Assembly (NCBI GenBank): GCA_036257535.1 | Contig: DATAFJ010000089.1 | Location: 4,839 to 68,838, forward strand | Source: Vicinamibacterales bacterium | Lineage (GTDB): Bacteria > Acidobacteriota > Vicinamibacteria > Vicinamibacterales > 2-12-FULL-66-21 | Length of the DNA stretch: 64,000 bases | Direction of reading: 5' to 3' | Part shown: positions 27,360 to 36,136 of the stretch, in pieces | How positions within the stretch are numbered: position 1 is the stretch's first letter | How the letters are laid out: the number at the start of each line of letters is the position of its first letter | Made by a program: the position numbers and the translations under genes | The notes under the pieces: model-generated | Databases searched by the model: none | What the model saw: the letters and a program-made list of their open reading frames with translations, nothing else | What the model was told of the DNA's origin: nothing

Positions 27360-28664
27360 ATGTCATCGAATGTCGTCGTGCCCGAGCTCGGGGAATCGAT
27401 CGTCGACGCGCGCGTGTCGCGCTGGCTGAAGAAAGAAGGGGAGCGCGTGTCGGCCGGCGACCCGCTCGTCGAGCTCGAGACCGACAAGATCGACCTCGAA
27501 GTCGGCGCGCCGCGCGCCGGAGTGCTCGCGCGCATCGACCGCCGCGACGGCGAGGACGTGAAGATCGGCGAGGTGCTCGGCGTCATCGAAGAGGAAGGGG
27601 CCAGGGAGCAGGCGTCCGCCGCCGCCAAGGCTCCGGCGGACAAGCCGACGGACAAGTCCGCTGAAACGGCGCCGCTTGAGAGGCAGCCGGTCGAGACGCG
27701 CCAGCCTCGCTCGACCCCTTCCGCGCGGCGCGTGGCCGACGAGCACGACGTGAAGCTCGGCACCGTCAAAGGAACCGGCGACGGCGGGCGGGTCATGCGG
27801 AGAGATGTCGAAGGTGCGGTGGGTGCATCGGGGGCATCAGGTGCATCAGGTGCATCGGGTGCATCGGGTGCATCGGGTGCGGGTGCGACGGGTGCACTGA
27901 GTGCACCAGCACCGAGTGCACCCACTGCACCGAATGCACCCAGTGCACCCAGTGCACCAGGGGTACGTCCTGAAGAACGCGTCCGGATGTCCAAGCGCCG
28001 CGCCACCATCGCGAAGCGGCTGGTCGAGGCCCAGCGGACCGCGGCCATGCTCACGACCTTCAACGAGGTCGACATGACGGGCGTGATGACGCTCCGCGAG
28101 CGGCGCAAGCAGGCGTTCAAGGAGAAACACGGCGTCTCGCTCGGCATCGCATCGTTTTTCGTGAAGGCGGCCATCGGCGCGCTGCGCGACTTCCCCCGGC
28201 TCAACGCGGAAATCGAGGGGGACGAGATGATCATCAAGCGCTACTACGACATCGGGGTCGCGGTAGGCGCCGAGGAAGGGCTCGTCGTCCCCGTGCTGCG
28301 CAACGCCGATCGCATGTCGTTTGCCGAGATCGAGATCGGCATCCGCGATTTCGCAAAACGCGCGGCCGACGGTACGCTCACGCTTGAGGATCTGCGCGGC
28401 GGGACGTTCACGATCACCAACGGAGGCGTGTTCGGATCGCTGATGAGCACGCCGATCCTGAACCCGCCGCAGGTCGGCATCCTCGGGCTGCACAAGATCG
28501 AGGATCGGCCGATCGCGGTTCAGGGAAACGTCGAGATCCGGCCGATGATGTACGTGGCGCTGTCCTACGATCACCGCATCGTGGACGGCGCCGAGGCGGT
28601 GCGTTTCCTGGTCCGCGTCAAGGAGCTCGTGGAGGATCCGGGAACGCTGCTCATCGAGTCGTAG
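27360..28664 (+). CDS. sucB: Dihydrolipoyllysine-residue succinyltransferase E2 component.
   Basis: It has the lipoyl motif [11 protein letters not shown], the [16 protein letters not shown] and the catalytic [10 protein letters not shown] set the start at ATG 27360. Confidence 0.95.
   Translation: MSSNVVVPELGESIVDARVSRWLKKEGERVSAGDPLVELETDKIDLEVGAPRAGVLARIDRRDGEDVKIGEVLGVIEEEGAREQASAAAKAPADKPTDKSAETAPLERQPVETRQPRSTPSARRVADEHDVKLGTVKGTGDGGRVMRRDVEGAVGASGASGASGASGASGASGAGATGALSAPAPSAPTAPNAPSAPSAPGVRPEERVRMSKRRATIAKRLVEAQRTAAMLTTFNEVDMTGVMTLRERRKQAFKEKHGVSLGIASFFVKAAIGALRDFPRLNAEIEGDEMIIKRYYDIGVAVGAEEGLVVPVLRNADRMSFAEIEIGIRDFAKRAADGTLTLEDLRGGTFTITNGGVFGSLMSTPILNPPQVGILGLHKIEDRPIAVQGNVEIRPMMYVALSYDHRIVDGAEAVRFLVRVKELVEDPGTLLIES
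27822..27953. repeat. In-frame palindromic 9-nt tandem repeat encoding the second SucB linker.
   Basis: About six (GGTGCATCR) units are followed by the inverted units AGTGCACCC/ACTGCACCG/AATGCACCC. The centre is GGTGCACT-G-AGTGCACC (27882-27898). The encoded peptide is [44 protein letters not shown]. Confidence 0.8.
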
Positions 28665-28665
28665 T

Positions 28666-28699
28666 AGCTGGGGGTGGGGCCCCACGACAAAAGAGAAAA
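28666..28699 (+). promoter_or_regulatory. Short copy of the GC-hairpin plus A-rich pre-ATG element.
   Basis: The sequence is GCTGGGGGTGGGGCCCCACGACAAAAGAGAAAAA-ATG. It shares TGGGGGTGGGGCCCCA and AAGAGAAAAA with the copy before hisG. Confidence 0.5.
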
Positions 28700-29194
28700 A
28701 TGACTGAACTGGACGGGATCGTCGATCAGCTTCAACGCGAGTACGGCGGCGACGCGTGGTACGGCTCGTCGCTCAAGGACATCCTCAGGAACGTCACTGC
28801 CGGGCAGGCGGCGGCCCGTCCGGTCCCGCATGCACACTCGATCTGGGAGCTCGTGCTGCACATGACCGCCTGGAAGCGCGAGGTCGCCTCTCGGATGGAG
28901 GGCCGTCCGGCCGGCGAGCCGCCTGAAGGAGACTGGCCGGAAGCACCATCTGATGGCCAGGCGACCGAGGCGCGCTGGGCCGAGGCGCTCGAACGGCTTC
29001 AACAGGCGCAGATCGCGCTGCTGAGCGCCGTCGGTCAGTTATCGCCCTCGCGGCTGCACGCGCCCGTCACCGATCCGCGCAACCGCGAACTTGGCACGGG
29101 CGCGACGCACTACGTCACTTTGCATGGCGTCGCGCAGCATGACGTGTATCATGCTGGACAGATAGCCATCTTGAAGAAGGCGCTCGGCCTGTAG
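28700..29194 (+). CDS. DinB-family (DinB_2-like) four-helix protein.
   Basis: The 164-aa product has His-bearing helices (HSIWELVLHMTAW, LHGVAQHDVYHAGQIAIL). Confidence 0.7.
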   Translation: MTELDGIVDQLQREYGGDAWYGSSLKDILRNVTAGQAAARPVPHAHSIWELVLHMTAWKREVASRMEGRPAGEPPEGDWPEAPSDGQATEARWAEALERLQQAQIALLSAVGQLSPSRLHAPVTDPRNRELGTGATHYVTLHGVAQHDVYHAGQIAILKKALGL

Positions 29195-29198
29195 CACC

Positions 29199-31109
29199 TT
29201 GAGCGATTACACAGCGAAGCACATCACGGTCCTCGAAGGACTCGAGCCCGTCCGGAAGCGTCCGGGCATGTACATCGGCGGCGTCGGGTCCGCCGGTCTG
29301 CACCATCTGGTTTGGGAGATCCTCGACAACGCCGTCGACGAAGGGATGAACGGCCACGCGTCGAACGTCGCCGTGACGCTGCATGCCGACGGCGCGTCGG
29401 TCACCGTCACGGACGACGGGCGTGGCATCCCGATCGACAAGCACATGCAGACGAAGAAGAGCGCCCTCGAGGTCATCTTCACGATGCTGCATGCCGGCGG
29501 GAAGTTCGAGCAAGGCATCTACAAGACCGCTGGCGGCCTCCACGGCGTCGGCGCCAGCGTCGTCAACGCCCTGTCGAAGGACCTGGTGGCCACCGTCAAG
29601 CGCGACGGCGCGCAGTACGAACAGCGGTTCAGGCAGGGCAAGCCGACAACAGCGGTGAAAAAGCTGGGCCCGGCGCGCGGTACGGGCACGACGGTGTACT
29701 TCAGGCCCGATCCGGCGATCTTCCCCAAGGTCGAGTTCGACCCGGCCGTCATCCGCGAGCGCCTCGAGACCGCGAGCTATCTGCACAAGGGCGTCAGGTT
29801 CGTCTTCGACGACGAAACGTCGAAGAAGCGCGAAGCATTCGAGCACAGCGAAGGGCTGCTCGACTACCTGAAGAAGATCGTCAAGGAGCGGAACGCGGCG
29901 CCGGTGCACGACGCGCCGTTCGCGCTCGAGAAGAGCGAGGCGGGCGGTGTCCGGCTCGATTTCGTGCTCCAGTGGACCCAGTCGACAGACGAGCACCTCC
30001 GCAGCTACGTGAACGGGATTCCGACCGGTTCCGGCGGCACGCACGAGAATGGGTTCCGCGCCGGGCTGGGCAAGGCGATGCGGAACTTCATCGAGACGCA
30101 CAATCTTTCGCCGAAGGGCGTCTCGATCACCGCGGAGGACATCCGTGAAGGACTCATCGGCGTGCTCAGCGTGTTCCTCCAGGATCCGCAGTTCCAGGGA
30201 CAGACGAAAGACCGCCTGAACAATCCCGAGATCACATCCGTGCTCGACTCGACCGTGCGCCCGGCCTTCGAGCACTGGCTGAACCACAATATCAGCGTTG
30301 CGGAATCAATCGTGGCGCGCATCATCCTCGCGGCGCGCGCGCGTGAAGCGAGCCGCGCGGCGCAGGCCGAGGTGACGCGTCGGGGCGCCACGACGGGTCG
30401 TCTGACGCTGCCCGGCAAGTTGAGCGACTGCACGTCTAGCGGCCGCGACGACAGCGAGATCTTCATCGTCGAGGGAGACTCGGCGGGCGGCTCGGCCAAG
30501 CAGGGGCGCGACCGCTCGAAGCAGGCGATCCTGCCGCTTCGCGGCAAAGTGCTGAACGCCGAGAGCGCATCGATCGCGAAGGTCCTCGAGAACCGCGAGC
30601 TGTCGGATCTGGTTACGGCTCTCGGATGCGGCATCGGCAAGAACTGCGATGCGTCGAGGCTGCGATACGGAAGGGTCATCATCCTCGCCGACGCCGATTC
30701 CGACGGCCATCACATCGCGACGCTGCTCCTGACGTTCATCTACCGGCACATGCCGCAGCTCATCACCAGCGGCAAAGTATTTCTCGCCCAGCCGCCCCTC
30801 TACCGGATCGATATCGGCAAGGAGACGTTCTGGGCGCTCGACGATCCTCACAAGGATCGTCTGCTGAAGCAGCACGGCAACGGCCGGGCGAACGCCGAGA
30901 TCACGCGGTTCAAGGGGCTCGGCGAGATGATGCCGAAGGTGCTCTGGGAGACCACGCTCAACCCGCGAACGCGCCGGCTCCTGCGCGTCGCGATCGCCGA
31001 CCACATCGTGACCGATCGAGTCATCAACGAGCTGATGGGCAAGGACGCTTCGGCGCGGTTCAAGTTCATCATGGAGCGGGCCGAAGACGCCCAGGAGCTC
31101 GACGTGTAG
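29199..31109 (+). CDS. Type IIA DNA topoisomerase subunit B (GyrB/ParE family).
   Basis: The 636-aa product carries VRKRPGMYIGG, GLHHLVWEILDNAVDE, the Toprim motif EGDSAGGSAKQGRDR, and PLRGKVLN. Confidence 0.9.
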   Translation: MSDYTAKHITVLEGLEPVRKRPGMYIGGVGSAGLHHLVWEILDNAVDEGMNGHASNVAVTLHADGASVTVTDDGRGIPIDKHMQTKKSALEVIFTMLHAGGKFEQGIYKTAGGLHGVGASVVNALSKDLVATVKRDGAQYEQRFRQGKPTTAVKKLGPARGTGTTVYFRPDPAIFPKVEFDPAVIRERLETASYLHKGVRFVFDDETSKKREAFEHSEGLLDYLKKIVKERNAAPVHDAPFALEKSEAGGVRLDFVLQWTQSTDEHLRSYVNGIPTGSGGTHENGFRAGLGKAMRNFIETHNLSPKGVSITAEDIREGLIGVLSVFLQDPQFQGQTKDRLNNPEITSVLDSTVRPAFEHWLNHNISVAESIVARIILAARAREASRAAQAEVTRRGATTGRLTLPGKLSDCTSSGRDDSEIFIVEGDSAGGSAKQGRDRSKQAILPLRGKVLNAESASIAKVLENRELSDLVTALGCGIGKNCDASRLRYGRVIILADADSDGHHIATLLLTFIYRHMPQLITSGKVFLAQPPLYRIDIGKETFWALDDPHKDRLLKQHGNGRANAEITRFKGLGEMMPKVLWETTLNPRTRRLLRVAIADHIVTDRVINELMGKDASARFKFIMERAEDAQELDV

Positions 31110-31501
31110 TGACTGCCAGCGGCTGGCTGATGCTTCTCAGCCGCATTCTCCTCGTCTACGAACCTCTCGTCCTGGCTCTCTCGCTGTCCACACTTCTGCC
31201 GATGATTGCGATCCGCGGGCCGCTCGTGATCGCGGCTGTCGTGGTGCGCATCCTCGTTGCCGGCCTCAGCGTAGCCGCCGGTCTCGCGCTGCGGGATCTG
31301 CGTCCGCATGGCCGCACCCTCGCGACGGCGGCGCTGCTATCGAGCGGCGCAATGGGCCTGATCCTCTTGAACACACGGATCCTGCCTTCGAACCGGGTGC
31401 CGTCGGACGATCTGCTTTATTCGGCTGTGCTCGTCGCGCACCACGGCGCGTGGCTCTTGTACCTGTGGCGATCGTCCCGCGTGCGCGGGCTGTTTAAGTA
31501 G
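31109..31501 (+). CDS. Small multi-TM membrane protein of unknown function.
   Basis: The GTG start overlaps the topoisomerase B stop (an alternative ATG is at 31130). Three to four hydrophobic helices are visible. Confidence 0.45.
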   Translation: MTASGWLMLLSRILLVYEPLVLALSLSTLLPMIAIRGPLVIAAVVVRILVAGLSVAAGLALRDLRPHGRTLATAALLSSGAMGLILLNTRILPSNRVPSDDLLYSAVLVAHHGAWLLYLWRSSRVRGLFK

Positions 31502-32480
31502 TAAGTACGATCTTTCCGATGTGATCGCCGCGCTCGAGCGCGCGGTGCGCGTCGGCCGCGCGCGTGAGAGGAAACGTCGCGTGGATCACCGGCTTCACCA
31601 GGCCGCGGCTGAGCAGCGGCCACACGCGTGCCTCCAGCGCCTTCGCGATCGCGCCCTTCTCTTCGACAGTGCGCGGGCGGAGCAGCGAGCCGGTGATGGT
31701 GAGTCGGCGCTGAAGCACAGTCGCGAGATTGATCTGTGCTTTGGCGCCACTCATCAGGCCAATCTGGACGAGACGCCCCCCAAGCGCGAGCGCATTGAGA
31801 TTCCGCTCGAAGTAGTCGCTGCCGACGATGTCGAGGATCACGTCCGCGCCACGCCCGCCGGTGACGTCACGAACCGTCTCGACGAAGTCCTGTTCCTTGT
31901 AGTTCACCGTGGCGTTCGCGCCCAGGCGGAGACATGCGTCGCCCTTTTCCTCGCTGCCCACCGTCGCGATCACGCGGGCGCCGAACGCCCGGCCGAGCTG
32001 AATCGCCGTCGTGCCGATCCCGCTCGCGCCGCCGTGCACGAGCATCCACTCGCCCTGCTTGAGCCCTCCGCGCTCGAAGATGTTGGTCCACACCGTAAAG
32101 TACGTCTCCGGCACGGCGGCCGCCTCGACGAGCGTGAGGCCTTCGGGAATCGGCAGCGCCTGCGGCGCGGGGACGACGCAGTACTCGGCGTAGCCGCCGC
32201 CGGCGACCAGCGCGCAGATCTGCTGACCTGATTCGATCGATGAGCCGCTGAGCGGACCGGAATCGACGACCGTTCCGGCAACTTCAAGGCCGGGAATGTC
32301 AGGCGCGCCCGGCGGCGGAGGATATTTTCCCTGCCTTTGTGCCAAGTCGGGGCGATTGACACCCGCGGCCGCGACTTGTACCAGAAGCTCGCCCGGCCCT
32401 GGTTTTGGGACCGGCCTCGACACGGGCCGCAGCACGTCAGGATCCCCGGGCCGCTCGATCTCTATGGCGGTCATGGTCAC
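31494..32480 (-). CDS. NAD(P)H:quinone oxidoreductase (zeta-crystallin/MDR family).
   Basis: The 328-aa product has the Rossmann motif VHGGASGIGTTAIQL and the N-terminal block PGPGELLVQVAAAGVNRPD. Confidence 0.85.
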   Translation of the reverse strand: MTMTAIEIERPGDPDVLRPVSRPVPKPGPGELLVQVAAAGVNRPDLAQRQGKYPPPPGAPDIPGLEVAGTVVDSGPLSGSSIESGQQICALVAGGGYAEYCVVPAPQALPIPEGLTLVEAAAVPETYFTVWTNIFERGGLKQGEWMLVHGGASGIGTTAIQLGRAFGARVIATVGSEEKGDACLRLGANATVNYKEQDFVETVRDVTGGRGADVILDIVGSDYFERNLNALALGGRLVQIGLMSGAKAQINLATVLQRRLTITGSLLRPRTVEEKGAIAKALEARVWPLLSRGLVKPVIHATFPLTRAADAHRALERGDHIGKIVLTT

Positions 32481-33754
32481 AGGCCGGACGGCAGCCGCGG
32501 TGATGAGAGGAGCGCCGCGAATTCCTGCCAGCGCTTCGCCGGCTGATCCGCCGTTCCGCCGCGGTCCTCGATGTACTGGCGAACGAGATCTTCGCCGAGG
32601 TTGTAGTTGATGACATAGCTTCGATACTGGTCGATGAAGCGGACGCGCTGTTCTGCACGCGCGCGCGTCATCAATCCGTAGCGCTCCAGCCAGCCTGCCG
32701 CCTGCGGCGCGGTGAACTCTCCATTCAGGTACCGGCGCGCGGCTTCGTTGACGGCATAGGAGAGCCGCTCGGCGAGTTGGTAGGCCTCGAAATATGCCTC
32801 GGCTTTCGTCGGGTCCAGGCCGGCGAGCGGGAAAAGCCGATCGCGCTCGAACGCGAGCCGGTCACGTCCCGGGAAGGCGACGTCGATACCGAAGTTGGCC
32901 GTGCCCTCCGCGATGAGCGATTGCGGCGAGAACAAGGCGTAGACGGAGAACTCCACCCAGCCGCGATCTTTGACGAGGTGCTTCTCGAGCAACGCGTTGT
33001 AGACGTGATGCCCCGGATAGCCCTCATGACACGCGAGGTCTATCGCTCGATCGACGTAGACTGGCAGGTCGGTGTTGACCTGGATCACGCTGCGAAAGCT
33101 TCCCTTGTACCAGTTATAGGCGCTCCAGGTTTTTCCCTCCACGTACTCGATCGTGAACTCTTCGTCCGGCGGCAGCGGAATGTGCTTCTTCGTGCGGACG
33201 CGGCACTCCGCGATGGCCGCGGTGAAGACGGCGTCCAGCTTGTCACCCGGAATGACGAATGCGCTTCGGAACTTGTCGTAGCGCTCGGCGAGCGGTCCCG
33301 GTCCGGGAAAGCGGCGGTCGAGATCGGCGACGAGCTTCGCGAAATACGATTCGGTGTGGACCGGCGCGGTCGCGTCGTACAACCCGCGCGATTCCTCGTC
33401 GAAGCTGAGGCGTTTGCCCCGGAGCATGGTGAGCCGAACGTCGAGCGCCGCGAGCTGACGATCCAGGTAGTCGTGCCGGAGCCGCTCCATCTCGCCCGTG
33501 GGTTTCGTCACCGCCGCGAGCGCCGAGCGCACGTCGCGCGTCCGGCGCTCGATCTCTTCGGGCGGCGCCTTCGCCTGTTCGGCGGCTGCGCGCCACTCCG
33601 GCGGGCCGTAGTAAGCATCGACATAGTCGGGATCGTGCTGCCCGAGAGCGAGCACGAGCTGCACGTATTGCCGGGCGATCTCGTCCTGCTTCGAACTCGT
33701 GTCTGGCGGAATCGTCATTGTAAGAACCGAGAGAACGGCGGCTGAAAATCTCAT
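32477..33754 (-). CDS. DUF885-like secreted metalloprotein.
   Basis: The motif CHEGYPGHHVYN resembles the DUF885 HE.xPGHH motif. I set the start at MRFSAAVLSVLTM (33754). Confidence 0.6.
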   Translation of the reverse strand: MRFSAAVLSVLTMTIPPDTSSKQDEIARQYVQLVLALGQHDPDYVDAYYGPPEWRAAAEQAKAPPEEIERRTRDVRSALAAVTKPTGEMERLRHDYLDRQLAALDVRLTMLRGKRLSFDEESRGLYDATAPVHTESYFAKLVADLDRRFPGPGPLAERYDKFRSAFVIPGDKLDAVFTAAIAECRVRTKKHIPLPPDEEFTIEYVEGKTWSAYNWYKGSFRSVIQVNTDLPVYVDRAIDLACHEGYPGHHVYNALLEKHLVKDRGWVEFSVYALFSPQSLIAEGTANFGIDVAFPGRDRLAFERDRLFPLAGLDPTKAEAYFEAYQLAERLSYAVNEAARRYLNGEFTAPQAAGWLERYGLMTRARAEQRVRFIDQYRSYVINYNLGEDLVRQYIEDRGGTADQPAKRWQEFAALLSSPRLPSGL

Positions 33755-33771
33755 CGATATATGATCCCCCG

Positions 33772-34812
33772 ATGAACGTGAAGGGAGCAACGCTCGCCGC
33801 GGCGCTTGCAGTATCGTCGATGATACGGGGCGGCGAGCCCTCCTCGGCGCTTTTTCAGCCGGAAGCCCGGCTGAGTCAGATCCGACAGCTTTCGAGCGGC
33901 GGAGAGAACGCCGAGGCCTACTTTTCGCCGGATGGCCGCCGGTTGATCTTTCAGACGACGCCGGGCGGCGGCGGCTGCGACCAGATCTACACAATCAACG
34001 TCGATGGATCGGCGCGGACACGCGTCAGCACGGGCAAGGGCCGGACGACGTGCGGGTACTTCTATCCGGACGGCGAGACGATCCTGTTCGCGTCCACGCA
34101 TGGAGCCTCGCCGGAGTGCCCTCCCAGACCCGGGTACGAGCGCGGATACGTCTGGCCCGTCTATCCGTCGTATGAAATCTATCGGGCGCGTGCCGATGGC
34201 AGCGAGCTCGTCCCGCTGACGAAGGCGGACGGGTACGACGCGGAAGCGACTATCGCGCCTGACGGGCGGATCGCGTTCACCAGTACGCGCGACGGCGACA
34301 TGGAGATCTACACGATGAACGCCGACGGTTCGGACGTCCGGCGGCTCACGCAACGACCGGGGCCGGACGGAGGGCCGTTCTTCTCGTTCGACGGCAAGCA
34401 GATCGCCTTTCGCGGCCGGGAGCTCGCCGCGGGACCCGAGCGCGACGACTACGTCGCGCTGCTCAAGGAGGGTCTCTGGCGACCCACCCAGCTCGAGATC
34501 TTCGTCATGGACCGCGACGGCCGGAACGTTCGCCAGGTCACGCGGCTCGGCGGCGCGAACTTCGCGCCGTCATGGCATCCGGATGGACGCCGCATCATCT
34601 TCTCGTCCAACCATCACAACCCGAAGGGCCGCAACTTCGACCTGTTCCTCGTCAACCTCGACGGGACGGGCCTCGAGCAGGTGACGTTCAATCCGACGTT
34701 CGATGGCTTTCCGATGTTTTCTCCCGACGGGAAGCGCCTCGCGTTCTCGTCGAATCGCGACGCGAAGACCCAGGGAGAGACGAACATTTTTATCGCGGAC
34801 TGGAAGAACTGA
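33772..34812 (+). CDS. TolB-like beta-propeller (PD40 repeat) protein.
   Basis: PD40 repeats are visible: FSPDGRRLIF, IAPDGRIAFTS, FSFDGKQIAF, WHPDGRRIIFSS and FSPDGKRLAFSS. Confidence 0.8.
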   Translation: MNVKGATLAAALAVSSMIRGGEPSSALFQPEARLSQIRQLSSGGENAEAYFSPDGRRLIFQTTPGGGGCDQIYTINVDGSARTRVSTGKGRTTCGYFYPDGETILFASTHGASPECPPRPGYERGYVWPVYPSYEIYRARADGSELVPLTKADGYDAEATIAPDGRIAFTSTRDGDMEIYTMNADGSDVRRLTQRPGPDGGPFFSFDGKQIAFRGRELAAGPERDDYVALLKEGLWRPTQLEIFVMDRDGRNVRQVTRLGGANFAPSWHPDGRRIIFSSNHHNPKGRNFDLFLVNLDGTGLEQVTFNPTFDGFPMFSPDGKRLAFSSNRDAKTQGETNIFIADWKN

Positions 34813-34828
34813 CGCTACCACTTGACAG

Positions 34829-34990
34829 TCACCGCCCGGCGCGCTGGCGTCCTCTTTTCTTCGATCGATTCCTCGGCCCTGCGGCGCGCGAGAACTCCTG
34901 CTTCTGGCGTTCCTGGATGATGTTCTCGCCCTGCCGCTCCCGTCCCGCGACCTTGTAGTGATCGGGGTTGACGTTGATCTTTCTGCTCAT
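34829..34990 (-). CDS. Candidate 53-aa basic protein. It is below the length cutoff of the ORF track.
   Basis: A GAGGGA SD lies about 6 nt before the ATG. The product is MSRKINVNPDHYKVAGRERQGENIIQERQKQEFSRAAGPRNRSKKRGRQRAGR. It starts 17 nt downstream of the eRF1-like gene. Confidence 0.35.
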   Translation of the reverse strand: MSRKINVNPDHYKVAGRERQGENIIQERQKQEFSRAAGPRNRSKKRGRQRAGR

Positions 34991-35007
34991 TGATCCCTCG
35001 TGTTGTT

Positions 35008-36111
35008 TCAGCGGGGCTCGACCATGTACCGAAGAGTGGCGCCGACGCCGCCGACTGGCTCGAGGAGGGCCGGATCTTCGATGAAAGTAACCGCGGCATC
35101 CGTCTGGCGCGCCTTCGCGACGAGATCGTCGGCGCGCAGCACCTGGTCGATCCCGTCGGCGCCCGTTCCTTCCGGCTGAACCAGCGCCGCGCTCACGATG
35201 AGCTCGTCGACCTGACCGTTCTCGAGCGCGCGCCGCGCGGGCTCCGGTCCAACGACCGCGAGGCCGCCGGCCCGGTAGGCTCCGATGACGGCGTCGACCT
35301 TTTCCTTGTCGGTCTCCGCATCCTTGCGCCAGAGCGCCTCGAGCGTCTTCTCCAGCACTTCATGTTCCGGCGCCTTGGTCTCGAGCCGGAACGCATCGAC
35401 CAGACGTCCCCGCAAGAACGTCGAGAGGCGATCCTCGATGAGAGGCAGCGACACCTCGTTGCCCGTTACGATGACCAGAGGAATATCCTCGGCGCGGACG
35501 ATCCGCTCGAGCGCCTCCACGGCTTCCTGCACGTGCGTCTTCTGCAGGTTCGCCGTGCGCCGTTGAAACCGCGCCTGCGACCAGCCGCCCATGTCGTGGC
35601 TTCGCGTCTTCTGCCCCGTCACCTCGTCGACCCTCTCCGTCGTCCCCGTCGCGAAGACGAAAACCCGCGCGCGGTTCGTGTCCGAGACGAGCGCCGCGTA
35701 GCGCGGGTAGCGTGCATCAAGGCGCGCGAGCGGATAGAGGTGCGGCCTGTCGCTCACGAACAGCATGTGCCGATCGATTGGCGCCGCGACCTGAACAGGC
35801 TCGAACAGGCCGGCGCCCGAGCAGGCGAAGATCGCCGCGCCGTTGGCAGACGGGCGAAGCTCCGTGTCGAGCCACTTCTGAATACGGTCGAGGTCTTGCC
35901 TCAGGCTTTCGCGGCCCGCTGCATCATCCACGTACAACTCGGCGCGCTCGCCCAGCTCAGAGCGTGTGAAGGCTTGATGGTGATCGCGTCCGCGATCGTC
36001 GGGCTGCGTGTTCAAGTACAGGCTTACGAACGGAAACTGCCCAGGATCCAGCCGCGCCAGGCGGTCGATCAAGGCTGAGAGGTCGGTCGCATTTTCCATG
36101 CGACGATCCAT
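35008..36111 (-). CDS. Bacterial eRF1-like (baeRF / Vms1-VLRF1-like) protein, a putative peptidyl-tRNA hydrolase.
   Basis: The block KTRSHDMGGWSQARFQRRTANL aligns with the eRF1 block KHGRGGQSALRFARLR. The N-terminus has the family-typical FVSLYLNT. The C-terminal ALENGQVDELIV resembles eRF1/Pelota domain 3. Confidence 0.65.
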   Translation of the reverse strand: MDRRMENATDLSALIDRLARLDPGQFPFVSLYLNTQPDDRGRDHHQAFTRSELGERAELYVDDAAGRESLRQDLDRIQKWLDTELRPSANGAAIFACSGAGLFEPVQVAAPIDRHMLFVSDRPHLYPLARLDARYPRYAALVSDTNRARVFVFATGTTERVDEVTGQKTRSHDMGGWSQARFQRRTANLQKTHVQEAVEALERIVRAEDIPLVIVTGNEVSLPLIEDRLSTFLRGRLVDAFRLETKAPEHEVLEKTLEALWRKDAETDKEKVDAVIGAYRAGGLAVVGPEPARRALENGQVDELIVSAALVQPEGTGADGIDQVLRADDLVAKARQTDAAVTFIEDPALLEPVGGVGATLRYMVEPR

Positions 36112-36136
36112 CGCAATTCCCGTACCCCGCCGCCGA

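Noticed and set aside
27822-27953. A possible mini-CRISPR array, or an assembly artefact, because of the regular short repeats.
   Set aside because: The repeats are contiguous with no spacers, have a 9-nt period, are in frame inside sucB, and encode a plausible Ala/Ser/Pro linker. No cas genes are present in the window.
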